Below are positions 8,308 to 19,161 of a stretch of 64,000 nt of DNA, one piece after another. Numbering within the stretch: the stretch's first letter is position 1; every line of letters begins with the position of its first letter. The stretch lies in contig JAQBXX010000002.1 of the NCBI GenBank assembly GCA_027624315.1, positions 7,852 to 71,851 on the forward strand, read 5' to 3'. The DNA is from Pseudomonadota bacterium. Lineage in GTDB: Bacteria > Pseudomonadota > Gammaproteobacteria > SURF-13. The notes below the pieces were generated by a model, which was not told the DNA's origin, did not search any database, and saw nothing but the letters and a program-made list of their open reading frames with translations. Made by a program: the position numbers and the translations under genes.

Positions 8308-11151
8308 TCAAGCGTAACTCCTCGCTTCGCCTTTGCCTATGACATTCTCGACGCAGCGCACACAGATTTGCGGGTGGTCGCTCTCAATGCCGACGTCCTT
8401 GCGATGATGCCAGCAGCGGATGCATTTTTCGTGCGCTGAAGGCTGCACCCTGATCCACAGGCCTTTCACGCCCTCTTGCGCGTCTACCGGCTTCGCGTCT
8501 GTGCCATGCACGCGCGCGTACGAGGTGATGAGCACGAAGCGCAATTCATCGTGCAGCGTGGTGAGCGGCATGCGCCACTCTTCGTCACAATAAATATCGA
8601 CCTCCGCATCGAGTGATGACCCGATGCTGCCGGCCGCGCGCAGCTTTTCCAGCTCCTTGCCCACGGCCTCGCGCACGGCGATGATCTTGCCCCATGACTC
8701 GGCATCCGGTGTGGCGGCATCCAGCGGAAACAGGCCGTCGTACCAGGTCGCCATTAACACTGATGGCAACACCGATTCCTTGCGCTCGCCGGGGAGGTAA
8801 CACCAAATCTCCTCTGCCGTGAAGCTCATGATGGGCGCGAACCAGCGCACCAATGCCTCGACGATATGGTAAATCGCGGTCTGCGCGGAACGGCGCGCCA
8901 GGCTGTTTTTCTGAGTGGTGTATTGGCGGTCCTTGATGATGTCCAGATAAAACCCGCCCATGTCCACCGCACAGAAATTATGCAGGCGCTGATAGATCAC
9001 GTGGAATTCGTAATTTTCATACGCCTCAACAACGTCTTTTTGCAAACGATAAGCGCAATCCACCGCCCAACGGTCCAGCGCCAGCATGTCGGCGGGGGCG
9101 ACCTTATCTTTGGCCGGGTCGAAGTCGCTCAGATTGGCCAGCATGAAGCGTGCGGTATTGCGCATGCGCCGGTAGGCATCTGCGGTGCGTTTCAGAATTT
9201 CATCCGACACGCTCATCTCGCCGCGATAGTCCGTGGCCGCGACCCACAGGCGCAGGATATCCGCGCCCAGGTTGCTCATCACCTTCTGCGGCGCGACGAC
9301 GTTGCCCTTGGACTTCGACATCTTCTCGCCCTTGGCATCGACAGTGAAACCGTGCGTGAGCACCGCCTTGTACGGCGCCGCGCCGCGCATGGCGACGGAG
9401 GTGAGCAGCGACGATTGAAACCAGCCGCGATGCTGATCGGAGCCTTCGAGATACAAATCCGCCGGCACACCATGCAGATCGGCACGCTGCTCCAGCACGC
9501 ACGCGTGGGTGACGCCGGAGTCAAACCATACGTCCAGCGTGTCCGTCGTTTTTTCATACTGCGCCGCATCCGCGCCGAGCAGTTCGGCGGCATTCAACCC
9601 GAACCACGCATCGATGCCGTGCTGCTCCACGCGCTGCGCCACCTGCTCGATCAGCGCCGGCGTGTCGGGATGCAGCGCGCCGCTTTCCTTGTGCACAAAC
9701 AGCGCTATCGGTACGCCCCACGTGCGCTGGCGCGAAATGCACCAGTCGGGGCGGCCCGCCACCATGCCGATGATGCGCGCCTTGCCCCAGTCCGGAATCC
9801 ACTGTGCTTGCTCGATGGCATACAGCGCCGCGCTGCGCAGGGATTTCTGCTCCATGCCGATGAACCATTGCGGCGTGGCGCGGAAAATAACCGGCGTGTG
9901 ATGACGCCAGCAGTGCGGGTAACTGTGACGCAGCGCCTCGGCGTGCAGCAGCGCGCCGCGCGCCTTGAGCACTTCGATCACTTCGCTGTTCGCATTCACC
10001 ACGTGCATGCCCGCAAACAATTCCGTACCGGGCAGAAACTTGCCGTCGGCGCCCACCGGGTTATCCACCGGCAGGTGATAGTGCATGCCGACCACGTAAT
10101 CGTCCTGACCGTGCGCGGGCGCGGTGTGCACGGCGCCGGTACCGGCGTCGGCGGTAACATGCGCGCCCAAAATAATCGGCACTTCGCGCGCGTAAAACGG
10201 ATGCTGCAATTTGATACCATCGAGATCGATGCCGCGGCAGGTGGCGATGACGCGATAATCGCTGATGCCGTAACGCCCCAGCGCATCCTGCAGCAACTTC
10301 TCGGCGAGCAGCAAACGCTCCTTGCCGTGCTCGCTCACGCATTGCACTACGACGTAATCCATTTCCGGATTGAGCGCCACGGCCTGGTTCGCGGGCAGCG
10401 TCCACGGCGTCGTGGTCCAGATCACCACACTCAGGGGGCCGCTGCCCTCCTGTCCCGGCACGCGCTGGCAGCGCGCAAGCAACGCCTCGTCGTCCAGCAC
10501 CGCAAAGCGCACGTCAATCGCGGGCGAGGTCTTGTCCTCGTATTCCACCTCCGCCTCGGCCAGCGCCGAGCCGCAATCGACGCACCAGTGCACCGGCTTG
10601 TAGCCCTTGTGCACGTGGCCGTTCTGAATGATGCGCGCGAGGCTGCGGATGATGCCGGCCTCGAACTTGAAGTCCATGGTGAGGTAGGGATGCTCCCAGT
10701 CGCCGATCACGCCGAGTCGCTTGAAATCCTCGCGCTGGCTGTCCACCTGTTGCGCGGCGTACTCGCGGCACGCCTTGCGGAACGTGGCGGCATCGACCTT
10801 CACGCCCGCCTTGCCGATCTTCTTTTCCACCATCAGTTCGATGGGCAGGCCGTGGCAGTCCCAGCCCGGCACATAAGGCGCATCGAAACCGCTCAGGGTT
10901 TTGCTTTTTACAATAATGTCCTTGAGGATTTTATTTACCGCATGACCGATGTGGATGTCGCCGTTGGCATACGGCGGCCCGTCGTGCAGCACGAACTTTT
11001 TGCGGCCCTTGCCCACCGCGCGCAGCTTGGCGTAGAGATTCATCTCCTGCCAGCGTTGCAGGATTTTCGGCTCGTGCGTGGCGAGACTGGCCTTCATGGG
11101 GAAGTCGGTCTGCGGCAAATTCAATGTGTTTTTGTAATCGATCACTACCAA
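8308..11151 (-). CDS. ileS: Isoleucine--tRNA ligase
   Basis: 947 aa with a HIGH-type motif ([15 protein letters not shown]), KMSKS, and a C-terminal Zn finger CIRCWHH...CVRC. Confidence 0.95.
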   Translation of the reverse strand: MVVIDYKNTLNLPQTDFPMKASLATHEPKILQRWQEMNLYAKLRAVGKGRKKFVLHDGPPYANGDIHIGHAVNKILKDIIVKSKTLSGFDAPYVPGWDCHGLPIELMVEKKIGKAGVKVDAATFRKACREYAAQQVDSQREDFKRLGVIGDWEHPYLTMDFKFEAGIIRSLARIIQNGHVHKGYKPVHWCVDCGSALAEAEVEYEDKTSPAIDVRFAVLDDEALLARCQRVPGQEGSGPLSVVIWTTTPWTLPANQAVALNPEMDYVVVQCVSEHGKERLLLAEKLLQDALGRYGISDYRVIATCRGIDLDGIKLQHPFYAREVPIILGAHVTADAGTGAVHTAPAHGQDDYVVGMHYHLPVDNPVGADGKFLPGTELFAGMHVVNANSEVIEVLKARGALLHAEALRHSYPHCWRHHTPVIFRATPQWFIGMEQKSLRSAALYAIEQAQWIPDWGKARIIGMVAGRPDWCISRQRTWGVPIALFVHKESGALHPDTPALIEQVAQRVEQHGIDAWFGLNAAELLGADAAQYEKTTDTLDVWFDSGVTHACVLEQRADLHGVPADLYLEGSDQHRGWFQSSLLTSVAMRGAAPYKAVLTHGFTVDAKGEKMSKSKGNVVAPQKVMSNLGADILRLWVAATDYRGEMSVSDEILKRTADAYRRMRNTARFMLANLSDFDPAKDKVAPADMLALDRWAVDCAYRLQKDVVEAYENYEFHVIYQRLHNFCAVDMGGFYLDIIKDRQYTTQKNSLARRSAQTAIYHIVEALVRWFAPIMSFTAEEIWCYLPGERKESVLPSVLMATWYDGLFPLDAATPDAESWGKIIAVREAVGKELEKLRAAGSIGSSLDAEVDIYCDEEWRMPLTTLHDELRFVLITSYARVHGTDAKPVDAQEGVKGLWIRVQPSAHEKCIRCWHHRKDVGIESDHPQICVRCVENVIGKGEARSYA

Positions 11152-11171
11152 CCCCTTATCTAAATCTTAAA

Positions 11172-11245
11172 GACTCAACGCAAAGTCGCCAAGACGCCAA
11201 GAAAATAAAAATCTTTGCGTCTTGGCGTCTTTGCGTTCAGATTTT
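11172..11245. repeat. REP-like hairpin element, family B (AACGCAAAGNCGCCAAGACGCCAAG ... CTTTGCGTCTTGGCGTCTTTGCGTT)
   Basis: A long imperfect hairpin in the ribF-ileS spacer. A second copy is at 23565-23660. Confidence 0.5.
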
Positions 11246-11250
11246 TCATG

Positions 11251-12186
11251 CTAACGTGAGCCACAATTCCGAAAAAATTCACGCGCCTGTTTGCAATCTT
11301 GAGCAATCGCGTTTTTCAATTCGTCCAGCGTTGCAAAGCGTATTTCCTCGCGCAGCTTGTGCAGAAACTCCACTTGCACGTGGCAGCCGTAGATGTCTGC
11401 ATTGAAATCGAGCAAATGCACCTCCAGCAGGCAGCGTGTGCCGCCTACCGTGGGCCGCGTGCCGACGTTGGCCGCGCCCGCCACCGGCTCGCCGCGGATG
11501 CCGAACATCTCCACTGCAAACACGCCCTGCAGCGGCGCGTTTTTGCGATGCAGGTGGATGTTGGCGGTGGGGAAGCCCAGATCGCGCCCGCGCTTGTCGC
11601 CGTGCGCGACGCGACCGGACATGCGGTAAGGCCGCCCCAGCAGTTGCTCCGCCGTTGCAAAATCACCCTGCGCCAGGGCGGTACGGACGCGCGTGCTGCT
11701 CACGCGCGCACCGGCGACGCTGAAGGTGTGCATGTTGACCACCTCAAAACCGTGGCGTGCACCCGCCTCCTGCAGCAGGGCAAAATCGCCACGGCGCTGG
11801 TGGCCGAAGCGAAAGTCGTCGCCCACCACCAGATAGCGCACGCCGAGTCCGTCCACCAGCAGCGTCTGAATAAAATTCTGCGCTGCCATGGCGGCGAGCT
11901 TTTTGTTGAAACGCAGGCACACCACGCGCTCCACCGAAAAACGGCGCAGCGCCTGAACCTTTTCCCGAAAGCGCGTGAGCCGCGACGGCGCATGAGCGGA
12001 AAAAAATTCCTGCGGCTGCGGCTCGAAGGTCACCACCACGGTGGGCAGCCGCAGCTCCGCACCCTTCTCCGCCAACTGCCCCAGCACCGCCTGGTGCCCG
12101 AGGTGTACGCCGTCGAAATTGCCGATGGTCGCCACGCAGCCCAGGTGGCGCGCGCGCAGATTGTACATGCCGCGCACAATCTCCAT
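11251..12186 (-). CDS. ribF: Bifunctional riboflavin kinase / FMN adenylyltransferase
   Basis: 311 aa with GNFDGVHLGHQAVL (FAD synthetase) and the C-terminal riboflavin kinase motifs (GFPTANI, RPT). Confidence 0.9.
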   Translation of the reverse strand: MEIVRGMYNLRARHLGCVATIGNFDGVHLGHQAVLGQLAEKGAELRLPTVVVTFEPQPQEFFSAHAPSRLTRFREKVQALRRFSVERVVCLRFNKKLAAMAAQNFIQTLLVDGLGVRYLVVGDDFRFGHQRRGDFALLQEAGARHGFEVVNMHTFSVAGARVSSTRVRTALAQGDFATAEQLLGRPYRMSGRVAHGDKRGRDLGFPTANIHLHRKNAPLQGVFAVEMFGIRGEPVAGAANVGTRPTVGGTRCLLEVHLLDFNADIYGCHVQVEFLHKLREEIRFATLDELKNAIAQDCKQAREFFRNCGSR

Positions 12187-13715
12187 CAGCCCTCCTTCCC
12201 GTGTGGCAAGGCGAGTTCGATCTCCGACTTAAACAACGCCTTCAGATTCACACCGGCAAGATGCAGCGACATGAGGTACACCAGCGCGGCGGATACTATC
12301 AGCAGCATCAGATAAGGAGCGCGCGTAACGGCATGCCACTGTAGCCATGTGCTGATCTCGCCCACACCGATCCATAGCAGCAGCGCCATCACCGCATTCG
12401 CAGCCAGCACACGCAACCCAAACTTGCCCCAGCCGGCCTGCGGTTGGTAAACGTTTTGCCGGCGCAGCGCGCGATACAGCAGACCCGCGTTGATGAACGC
12501 CGCCAACGCGGTGGCGAGCGCCAGCCCTGCGTGCTGGAGCGGAAACACCAGCGCCGCGTTCAGCACCATGTTGGACAGCACGGCGATGATGCCGATGCGC
12601 ACCGGCGTGCGCATGTCCTGGCGCGCATAAAACGCGGGCGCCAGCACCTTGATGGAGATGTACGCCGTGAGGCCGAAACTGAAGGCCATCAGGCTGCGTG
12701 TGGACATTTCCGCGTCGTGCGCGGTGAACGCGCCGTACTGAAACAGGGTGATCAGCAGCGGGCCTGCAAGCAGCAACAATCCCAGAGTCGCAGGCGTGCC
12801 GATCAGCACCACCCAGCGCAGCGCCCAGTCCAGCGTGCGCGAAAACTCCCCCGACGCGGCCTCGGTGTACTTCTGCGACAGGCTCGGCAGGATGACCGTG
12901 GCGAGCGCGATACCAAACACGCCGAGCGGAAATTCCACCAGGCGGTCGGAGTAATACAGCCACGACACGCTGCCCGCCACCAGAAAAGAGGCAATCAAGG
13001 TGTCAAACAGCAGGTTGATCTGCGTCACCGAGACGCCGAACAGCGCCGGCACCATGAGCTTCACGATGCGTCGCACGCCGGAGTCCTTCCAGCCCCAGCG
13101 CGGTCGCGGCAGCAGGCGTATCTTTTTCAGAAACGGCAACTGGAACGCGAGCTGAATCAGGCCGCCGAAAAACACGCCCCAGGCCAGTGCCGTGACCGGA
13201 TTTTCCAGATGCGGCGCAAGCCAGATCGCCGCCACTATCATGGCGATGTTGAGAAACACCGGCGTGAACGCGGGCACACCAAAGTGCCCGTACGTGTTCA
13301 GCACACCGCTCGCCAGCGCCGCCAGCGACACAAACAGGAGATAGGGGAAGGTGATACGCAGCATCTCGACCGTCATGCCGTAGCGATCTGGCTCGTCGAG
13401 AAAGCCGGGGGCGAACAGCATCACCACCAGCGGTGACGCCACCACACCGATGAGCGTCATCCCAAACAGCACCACGCCCAGCGTGCCGGTGACACGGTCG
13501 GCCAGTTCCTGCACCTCCTCGTGGCTGCGCTGGGTTTTGTATTCCGTGAGGATGGGCACAAAGGCCTGGGAAAACGAGCCCTCGGCAAACAACCGGCGCC
13601 AGAAGTTGGGAATGCGGAACGCCACGAAAAAGGCGTCGGCACCGCTCGTAGCGCCGAACAGGCGTGCGATCACCACGTCGCGCGCAAAGCCCAGAATGCG
13701 CGATATCAGGGTCAC
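12186..13715 (-). CDS. murJ: Lipid II flippase MurJ (MviN). The real start is probably upstream, about 13757, at a non-ATG codon
   Basis: 509 aa with 14 TM segments and RDVVIARLFGATSGADAFFVAFRIPNFWRRLFAEGSFSQAFVPIL. The track start at 13715 is a GTG. The in-frame upstream peptide LSKSLLKSTATVGAV resembles the canonical MurJ N-terminus. Confidence 0.85.
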   Translation of the reverse strand: MTLISRILGFARDVVIARLFGATSGADAFFVAFRIPNFWRRLFAEGSFSQAFVPILTEYKTQRSHEEVQELADRVTGTLGVVLFGMTLIGVVASPLVVMLFAPGFLDEPDRYGMTVEMLRITFPYLLFVSLAALASGVLNTYGHFGVPAFTPVFLNIAMIVAAIWLAPHLENPVTALAWGVFFGGLIQLAFQLPFLKKIRLLPRPRWGWKDSGVRRIVKLMVPALFGVSVTQINLLFDTLIASFLVAGSVSWLYYSDRLVEFPLGVFGIALATVILPSLSQKYTEAASGEFSRTLDWALRWVVLIGTPATLGLLLLAGPLLITLFQYGAFTAHDAEMSTRSLMAFSFGLTAYISIKVLAPAFYARQDMRTPVRIGIIAVLSNMVLNAALVFPLQHAGLALATALAAFINAGLLYRALRRQNVYQPQAGWGKFGLRVLAANAVMALLLWIGVGEISTWLQWHAVTRAPYLMLLIVSAALVYLMSLHLAGVNLKALFKSEIELALPHGKEG

Positions 13716-13900
13716 CGCGCCAACCGTGGCGGTGGATTTGAGTAAACTCTTGCTCAGCGCAGTGCCCTGACGGTGATTTTGCCGGAATCAAAAAGACCCG
13801 TAAGTATCGCAGAAAGCGTGGGATGAACGCTACGACGACATTGACGCGTGCAGCTCAAAACCGGATAATAGCGGGCTTAAAAGCATTCAGGAGATTGATC

Positions 13901-14161
13901 TTGGCCAACACCCTACAAGCCAAAAAGCGCGTCCGTCAAGCAGAAAAGCACCGCCAGCTGAACACCAGCCAGCGCTCGACGCTGCGCACCAGCGTAAAAA
14001 AGGTTGTCACTGCACTCGCCTCCGGCGACAAGACCGGCGGCAGCGCTGCTTACAAAGATGCCGTAGCCAATCTGGATGTCATGGCCCGCAAAGGCCTCAT
14101 CCACAAGAACAAGGCCGCACGCCACAAGAGCCGCTTGAACACCCGCCTGCGCGCCATCTAA
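13901..14161 (+). CDS. rpsT: 30S ribosomal protein S20 (TTG start)
   Basis: ANTLQAKKRVRQAEKHRQLN... matches the S20 N-terminus. TTG at 13901 follows an AGGAG RBS at 13889. E. coli rpsT also starts on UUG. Confidence 0.85.
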   Translation: MANTLQAKKRVRQAEKHRQLNTSQRSTLRTSVKKVVTALASGDKTGGSAAYKDAVANLDVMARKGLIHKNKAARHKSRLNTRLRAI

Positions 14162-14189
14162 ACATAGCGCCCCGCCCACTAACTATACT

Positions 14190-14969
14190 TTAGCGGGCCA
14201 GCCTTTTCAGATAAGCCCGTATCCGTTGTGCGTTGGCCCCGAGGTCACTCACGCCCACGCGTGAGACGGAGCGAACATCGATGCGGCTGCCCGCCCCTGC
14301 CGGGGTGAGGCGCACCACCACGTCGTCCTTGAAACCGAACCAGAATGTTGTGGCCGTCGCCTCGATGCGGCCCTCGCGTTCACTGGCCTCGACCACTTCC
14401 CAGCCCATTGCCTGTGCCGCCGCCAGCGCACGCGGGAACACCTGCGCCGGCGGCTGCGCCAGCGTCAGCGGCTGGATGTCCGGATAATACCGTTTTTGCT
14501 GCGCGGCAACCGTTGCACCGCCGTAGGCCGCCGGGTTCGACGCACCCGCGCGCAGCGCAAGCACGGCCACAAACTCCGGCGGATGATCCAGATCGGTGCT
14601 GATGTCATGAATCGGCGGCAGACCACGGGCCGTGTAGAGCGTATACAGCGGCACCCACACCCCGGTCAGTCCCACCACCAGTGCCAGCAGCACCCACCCC
14701 CGTCCCCGCCTGCGGCACCGCACCACGAACCACAACCCCAGCAGCGACAGCGGCACCGAGACCAGAGCACCTACCACCGCGTATTTCAGCATTGAAAAAC
14801 CCGTGCCAAAGCTCCACCAGCCCCAGCGCACGCCGAGGCCGGCCGCGACTGCGGCGAGAACCGCTGTGAGCACAAAGGCCAGGGCGAAGAGAACCCCGTC
14901 CGATACGGGTTGAGCGGGTGGAATGGAATGTTGCTGCATGATACGCGTCAGTTTATCCGTGTCGCCCAT
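14190..14969 (-). CDS. DUF1499 domain membrane-anchored protein
   Basis: 259 aa with N-terminal TM helices. The C-terminal motif FGFKDDVVVRL...SRIDVRSVSRVG is typical of DUF1499. Confidence 0.6.
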   Translation of the reverse strand: MGDTDKLTRIMQQHSIPPAQPVSDGVLFALAFVLTAVLAAVAAGLGVRWGWWSFGTGFSMLKYAVVGALVSVPLSLLGLWFVVRCRRRGRGWVLLALVVGLTGVWVPLYTLYTARGLPPIHDISTDLDHPPEFVAVLALRAGASNPAAYGGATVAAQQKRYYPDIQPLTLAQPPAQVFPRALAAAQAMGWEVVEASEREGRIEATATTFWFGFKDDVVVRLTPAGAGSRIDVRSVSRVGVSDLGANAQRIRAYLKRLAR

Positions 14970-15064
14970 CCAAGTCGATGCGGCTTATAAAGTTGACTTC
15001 CATAGGCCTGCTCCCGATACTTAGCGGCTGTTGAAAATAACCATCCACCCACCGCGCCCGGTAC

Positions 15065-15901
15065 ATGCCAGACTTCCCTAACGTAGCCAACGACCCCTTG
15101 GTGAAAATCCGCGGTCTGCGCTTTGCGCGCGGCGAGCGCGTGATCTTCGACGGGATCGATATCGACATCCCGCGCGGCAAGATTACCGCCATCATGGGGC
15201 CCTCCGGCACCGGCAAGACCACGTTGCTGCGCCTGATCAGCGGGCAGTTGCGCCCTCTTGCGGGCAGCATCGTGGTGGACGGCCAGCCCGTGCCGCAGCT
15301 CAAGCGCGCCGCGCTGTATCAATTGCGCAAGCGCATGGGTATGCTGTTTCAGAGCGGCGCGCTGCTCACCGATCTCGATGTATTCGACAACGTGGCGTTT
15401 CCGCTGCGCGAGCACACCCAACTGCCGGAGATGCTGATCCGCGATCTGGTGCTGATGAAGCTGCAGGCGGTCGGCCTGCGCGGTGCGCGTCACCTCATGG
15501 CGAGCGAGCTCTCCGGCGGCATGGCGCGGCGCGTGGCGCTGGCGCGCGCCATCGCGCTCGACCCGATGATGATCATGTACGACGAGCCGTTCACCGGGCA
15601 GGATCCGATCTCGCTCGGCATCATCGTGCAACTGATCCACGCGCTCAACGAGGCGCTCGGCCTGACCAGTATCATCGTCTCGCATGACGTGCACGAAACC
15701 GCCGCCATCGCCGATTACATCTACGTACTCTCCGGCGGCAAGGTGATCGGCCACGGCACGCCCGTTGATCTCGCCCACTCAGACTCACCCTGGGTGCGGC
15801 AGTTTATGCAGGGGCTGGCGGACGGCCCGGTGCCGTTCCACTACCCGGCGGCGGATTACGCGGAAGAACTGCTGAACAATCAGCCCGGGGCCGCGCCATG
15901 A
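15065..15901 (+). CDS. mlaF: Phospholipid ABC transporter ATP-binding protein MlaF
   Basis: Very close to E. coli MlaF throughout ([37 protein letters not shown]-terminal [10 protein letters not shown]). Confidence 0.9.
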   Translation: MPDFPNVANDPLVKIRGLRFARGERVIFDGIDIDIPRGKITAIMGPSGTGKTTLLRLISGQLRPLAGSIVVDGQPVPQLKRAALYQLRKRMGMLFQSGALLTDLDVFDNVAFPLREHTQLPEMLIRDLVLMKLQAVGLRGARHLMASELSGGMARRVALARAIALDPMMIMYDEPFTGQDPISLGIIVQLIHALNEALGLTSIIVSHDVHETAAIADYIYVLSGGKVIGHGTPVDLAHSDSPWVRQFMQGLADGPVPFHYPAADYAEELLNNQPGAAP

Positions 15902-16680
15902 TTAACCGGCTGCAAACCCTTGGCCGCTGGGGCCTGATACGCTTCGAGCGTCTCGGGCGCGGCTCCCTGTTTTTAATGCAGGTGCTCGCCGGCCTGCCCG
16001 CGCTGCTGTTGCGCCCGCGCCTCGCGCTGCAGCAGGTCTACGCCACCGGCGTGCTGTCGCTGGTCATCATTATCGTGTCCGGCCTGTTTGTCGGCATGGT
16101 GCTGGGCCTGCAGGGCTATAATACGCTGGTGGATTTCGGCGCCGAGGAGTCGCTCGGCGTGCTGGTGGCGCTGTCGCTGGTGCGCGAACTGGGGCCGGTA
16201 ATCGCGGCGCTGCTGTTCGCGGGACGCGCGGGCTCCGCGCTCACCGCCGAGATCGGCCTGATGAAGGCGACGGAACAGCTGTCCGCCATGGAGATGATGG
16301 CGGTGGACCCGCTGGCGCGCGTGATCGCGCCGCGCCTGCTGGGCGGCTTTATCGCCATGCCGCTGCTGGCGGCGATGTTCAGCGCGGTGGGTGTGTTCGG
16401 CGGCTATTTTGTCGGCGTGGGGCTGTTGGGCGTGGATGACGGCTCGTTCTGGTCGCAGATGCAGTCCAAGGTCGAGCTGCAGGAAGACATCCTGAACGGC
16501 GTCATCAAGAGCGTGGTGTTCGGCTTCGTGGTGACTTGGATCGCGGTGTTCGAGGGCTACGACACGGTGCCAACCTCGGAGGGCATCAGCCGCGCCACCA
16601 CGCGTACCGTGGTAAACAGCTCGCTCGCGGTGCTGGGGCTGGATTTTGTATTGACTGCGTTAATGTTCGGAGACTTTTAA
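15898..16680 (+). CDS. mlaE: Phospholipid ABC transporter permease MlaE
   Basis: 260 aa and polytopic. It overlaps the mlaF stop by 4 bp, in the canonical position. Confidence 0.9.
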   Translation: MINRLQTLGRWGLIRFERLGRGSLFLMQVLAGLPALLLRPRLALQQVYATGVLSLVIIIVSGLFVGMVLGLQGYNTLVDFGAEESLGVLVALSLVRELGPVIAALLFAGRAGSALTAEIGLMKATEQLSAMEMMAVDPLARVIAPRLLGGFIAMPLLAAMFSAVGVFGGYFVGVGLLGVDDGSFWSQMQSKVELQEDILNGVIKSVVFGFVVTWIAVFEGYDTVPTSEGISRATTRTVVNSSLAVLGLDFVLTALMFGDF

Positions 16681-16682
16681 CT

Positions 16683-17159
16683 ATGATGCAGACGAAGACG
16701 CTGGAAATCGCCGTGGGCCTGTTCGTAGCGGCGGGATTGGCCGCACTGTTCGTGCTCGCCATGAAGGTGAGCAACCTTACCGCCTTCACCGATGACACCG
16801 GCTATCAACTGGTCGCCAAATTTGAAAATATCGGCAGCCTCAAGGTCGGCGCACCGGTGAGCATTGCGGGCGTGCGCGTGGGGCGTGTGGGGAGCATCGG
16901 CATCGACCACACTACGCACGAGGCCGTGGTCAAGCTCAACATCAACAAGGAATACACCGACATCCCGGCTGACACCGGCGCGAGCGTCCTTACCGCCGGC
17001 CTGCTGGGTGAGCAATACATTGCACTGGAGCCGGGCGGCGACGTCAAGGCGCTCAAGGCAGGCGACGAGATCAAGCTCACCCAGCCCGCGCTAATACTGG
17101 AGAAGATCATCGGCCAATTCCTGTTCAGCAAGGCCCAGGAAGGGCCGACCAAGCAGTAG
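16683..17159 (+). CDS. mlaD: MlaD (MCE-domain periplasmic substrate-binding component)
   Basis: Start at MMQTKTLEIAVGLFVAAGLAALFV (N-terminal TM anchor), followed by an MCE domain. The longer track ORF (16536) is out of context. Confidence 0.85.
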   Translation: MMQTKTLEIAVGLFVAAGLAALFVLAMKVSNLTAFTDDTGYQLVAKFENIGSLKVGAPVSIAGVRVGRVGSIGIDHTTHEAVVKLNINKEYTDIPADTGASVLTAGLLGEQYIALEPGGDVKALKAGDEIKLTQPALILEKIIGQFLFSKAQEGPTKQ

Positions 17160-17199
17160 TTCGGGCCAGCCTTTTGCACTATAATATGCACCCACGTAG

Positions 17200-17883
17200 A
17201 TGGCTCTACTGGAGTCAATTTTCATGCACCTTATAACCAGAACACTGATGACGATTCTGCTGGCCTGCGCCGCCACTACGGCGAGCTATGCGGCACCTGA
17301 TGATGCACAGGCAATGGTGCATCAGGCCTCAGATCGCATGATCGCCGCGCTCAAGACCGAGCGCGAAGCCATCAAGGCCAACCCGGCGCGACTCTTCACC
17401 CTGGTCGAGGAAATCGTGCTGCCCCACTTTGACTTCGAGCGCATGTCGAGGTGGGTGCTCGGCAAACACTGGCGCACCGCCAGCGCAGCGCAGAGGGTGC
17501 AGTTTGTGCAGGAGTTCCGCCCCCTGCTGGTACGCACCTACGCTACCGCGATGGCCGAATACCGTGACCAGAAAATCGTCTACATGCCCCTTAAAGCCGA
17601 CGCCGCTGCGGACGAGGTCACCATCAGGAGTGAAGTGCGCACCCCCGGCGGCCCGCCGATTCCCGTGAGCTACAGCGCTTACATGAAAGGCAGTGAGTGG
17701 AAGGTGTACGACGTCACCATCGACGGCGTGAGCATGGCGGTCAACTACCGCACCACTTTCTCGCATGAGATCAGGCAGGGCGGTCTGGATGCGCTGATCG
17801 ACAAACTCGCCACCCGCAACCAGCAAAAAGGCAAGGACTCGGCGCTCACGCTCAAAACCAACAGCGCCGCCATCGCCCAGTGA
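17200..17883 (+). CDS. mlaC: MlaC / Ttg2D phospholipid-binding periplasmic protein
   Basis: Signal peptide, then the toluene-tolerance Ttg2D family signature (VLPHFDFERMSRWVLGKHWR). The start may be the internal Met near 17224. Confidence 0.85.
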   Translation: MALLESIFMHLITRTLMTILLACAATTASYAAPDDAQAMVHQASDRMIAALKTEREAIKANPARLFTLVEEIVLPHFDFERMSRWVLGKHWRTASAAQRVQFVQEFRPLLVRTYATAMAEYRDQKIVYMPLKADAAADEVTIRSEVRTPGGPPIPVSYSAYMKGSEWKVYDVTIDGVSMAVNYRTTFSHEIRQGGLDALIDKLATRNQQKGKDSALTLKTNSAAIAQ

Positions 17884-18191
17884 AAACGATCACCGCTGTC
17901 ACTGGCAGTGAAGGACACTTCCAGCTTGCCGGAGAGTTGAGTTTTGCTACCGTACCGCAGGTTTACGTGCAAGGCGGCGAATTGTTCGACAGTACTGCAG
18001 CAATCCTGGTACTTGATCTCGGCGGTATCGAACGTACCGACAGCGCCGGGCTTGCGCTGCTGGTGGAGTGGCTGCGCCAGGCGCGTCACCAACGCAGGGA
18101 TTTGCGCTTCCGCAACATCCCCGCGCAACTGCTGGCGATAGCCAAGGCCAGTGGCCTGGAAAATATCCTGCCACTTGCTAATCATTCGTAA
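17880..18191 (+). CDS. mlaB: MlaB (STAS-domain NTP-binding protein)
   Basis: 103 aa STAS/anti-sigma-factor-antagonist-like protein, last gene of the mla operon. Confidence 0.8.
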   Translation: MKTITAVTGSEGHFQLAGELSFATVPQVYVQGGELFDSTAAILVLDLGGIERTDSAGLALLVEWLRQARHQRRDLRFRNIPAQLLAIAKASGLENILPLANHS

Positions 18192-18233
18192 TTTTAGCGC
18201 GCACGCAGTCGTGCGCGTCGCACCTCTGTCGCA

Positions 18234-19025
18234 ATGAATTCCGCCGTCACCATCAACAACCTCCACAAACGCTACGCGTCGGTGCATGCCTTGCAGGGCG
18301 TGGATTTCACCATCGCACGCGGCGAGTTCTTTGGCCTGCTCGGGCCGAACGGCGCAGGCAAGTCCACGCTCATCAACATCATGGCCGGCCTCACGCGCGC
18401 CGATGCGGGCCACGTTTCGATTCAGGGGCACGATGTCATCCGGCACTACCGCGAGGCACGCGACGCGCTCGGCGTGGTGCCGCAGGAGTTGCTTTATGAC
18501 CCATTCTTCAGCGTACGCGATGTGTTGCGTTTGCAGTCCGGCTATTTTGGGCGCGGGCGCGAAAACGCCGCCTGGATGGATGAACTGCTCGCCACGCTGA
18601 GCCTGTCGAACAAGGCCGACACCAGCATCCACGCACTCTCCGGCGGCATGAAGCGTCGCGTGCTGATCGCGCTCGCCCTGGTGCACAAGCCGCAGGTGCT
18701 GGTGCTGGATGAACCCACGGCGGGGGTGGATACCGAGCTGCGGCGCATGCTGTGGGAGTTCACCCGCCGCCTGCATCGCGAGGGCGTGACGGTGGTGCTC
18801 ACCACCCATTATCTCGCCGAGGCCGAGGCCTTGTGTGATCGCATTGCCATCCTCGACCACGGGCGGCTCGCGGCGCTCGACAGCAAAACGGCGTTGTTGC
18901 AACGCTATCCCTATCGCATGCTGTGTCTCAGCGTGAACGACCCCGCACCCGCGCTGCCGGAGGCGCTGCTGCCGCTGCTCGTCATGCGCGACGAACTACA
19001 GATCAAATTCCGCCTGCACAAATAA
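18234..19025 (+). CDS. ABC-2 type exporter ATP-binding protein, interrupted by an in-frame TAA at 19023 (possible pseudogene)
   Basis: Walker A GPNGAGKST, signature LSGGMKRRV, Walker B VLVLDEP. The conserved C-terminal helical domain (NDSIAGVLDALRDAGFSITDLYTQEPGLEEVFLRIT) continues in the same frame right after the TAA. Confidence 0.7.
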   Translation: MNSAVTINNLHKRYASVHALQGVDFTIARGEFFGLLGPNGAGKSTLINIMAGLTRADAGHVSIQGHDVIRHYREARDALGVVPQELLYDPFFSVRDVLRLQSGYFGRGRENAAWMDELLATLSLSNKADTSIHALSGGMKRRVLIALALVHKPQVLVLDEPTAGVDTELRRMLWEFTRRLHREGVTVVLTTHYLAEAEALCDRIAILDHGRLAALDSKTALLQRYPYRMLCLSVNDPAPALPEALLPLLVMRDELQIKFRLHK

Positions 19026-19161
19026 AACGACTCCATCGCCGGCGTACTGGACGCCTTGCGCGATGCCGGCTTCAGCATCACCGATCTCTATACGCAGGAG
19101 CCCGGACTGGAAGAGGTCTTCCTCCGGATTACTGCCGCCCCCTGCTCTCCGGCGACGCCGC

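Noticed and set aside
8866-11163. 765-aa ORF on the + strand
   Set aside because: It is entirely antisense to ileS. The Arg/Ala/Gly-rich, low-complexity translation is typical of a spurious open frame in 65% GC DNA. The ileS frame carries unmistakable class I tRNA-synthetase motifs.
12444-13436. 330-aa ORF on the + strand and several overlapping minus-frame ORFs (12229-12963, 13003-13791)
   Set aside because: These are alternative frames of murJ. They are highly charged R/H/Q-rich or R/A-rich and lack the TM pattern that the real frame shows.
17745-18902. 385-aa ORF on the - strand
   Set aside because: It is antisense to mlaB and the ABC ATPase, and no domains are recognisable.
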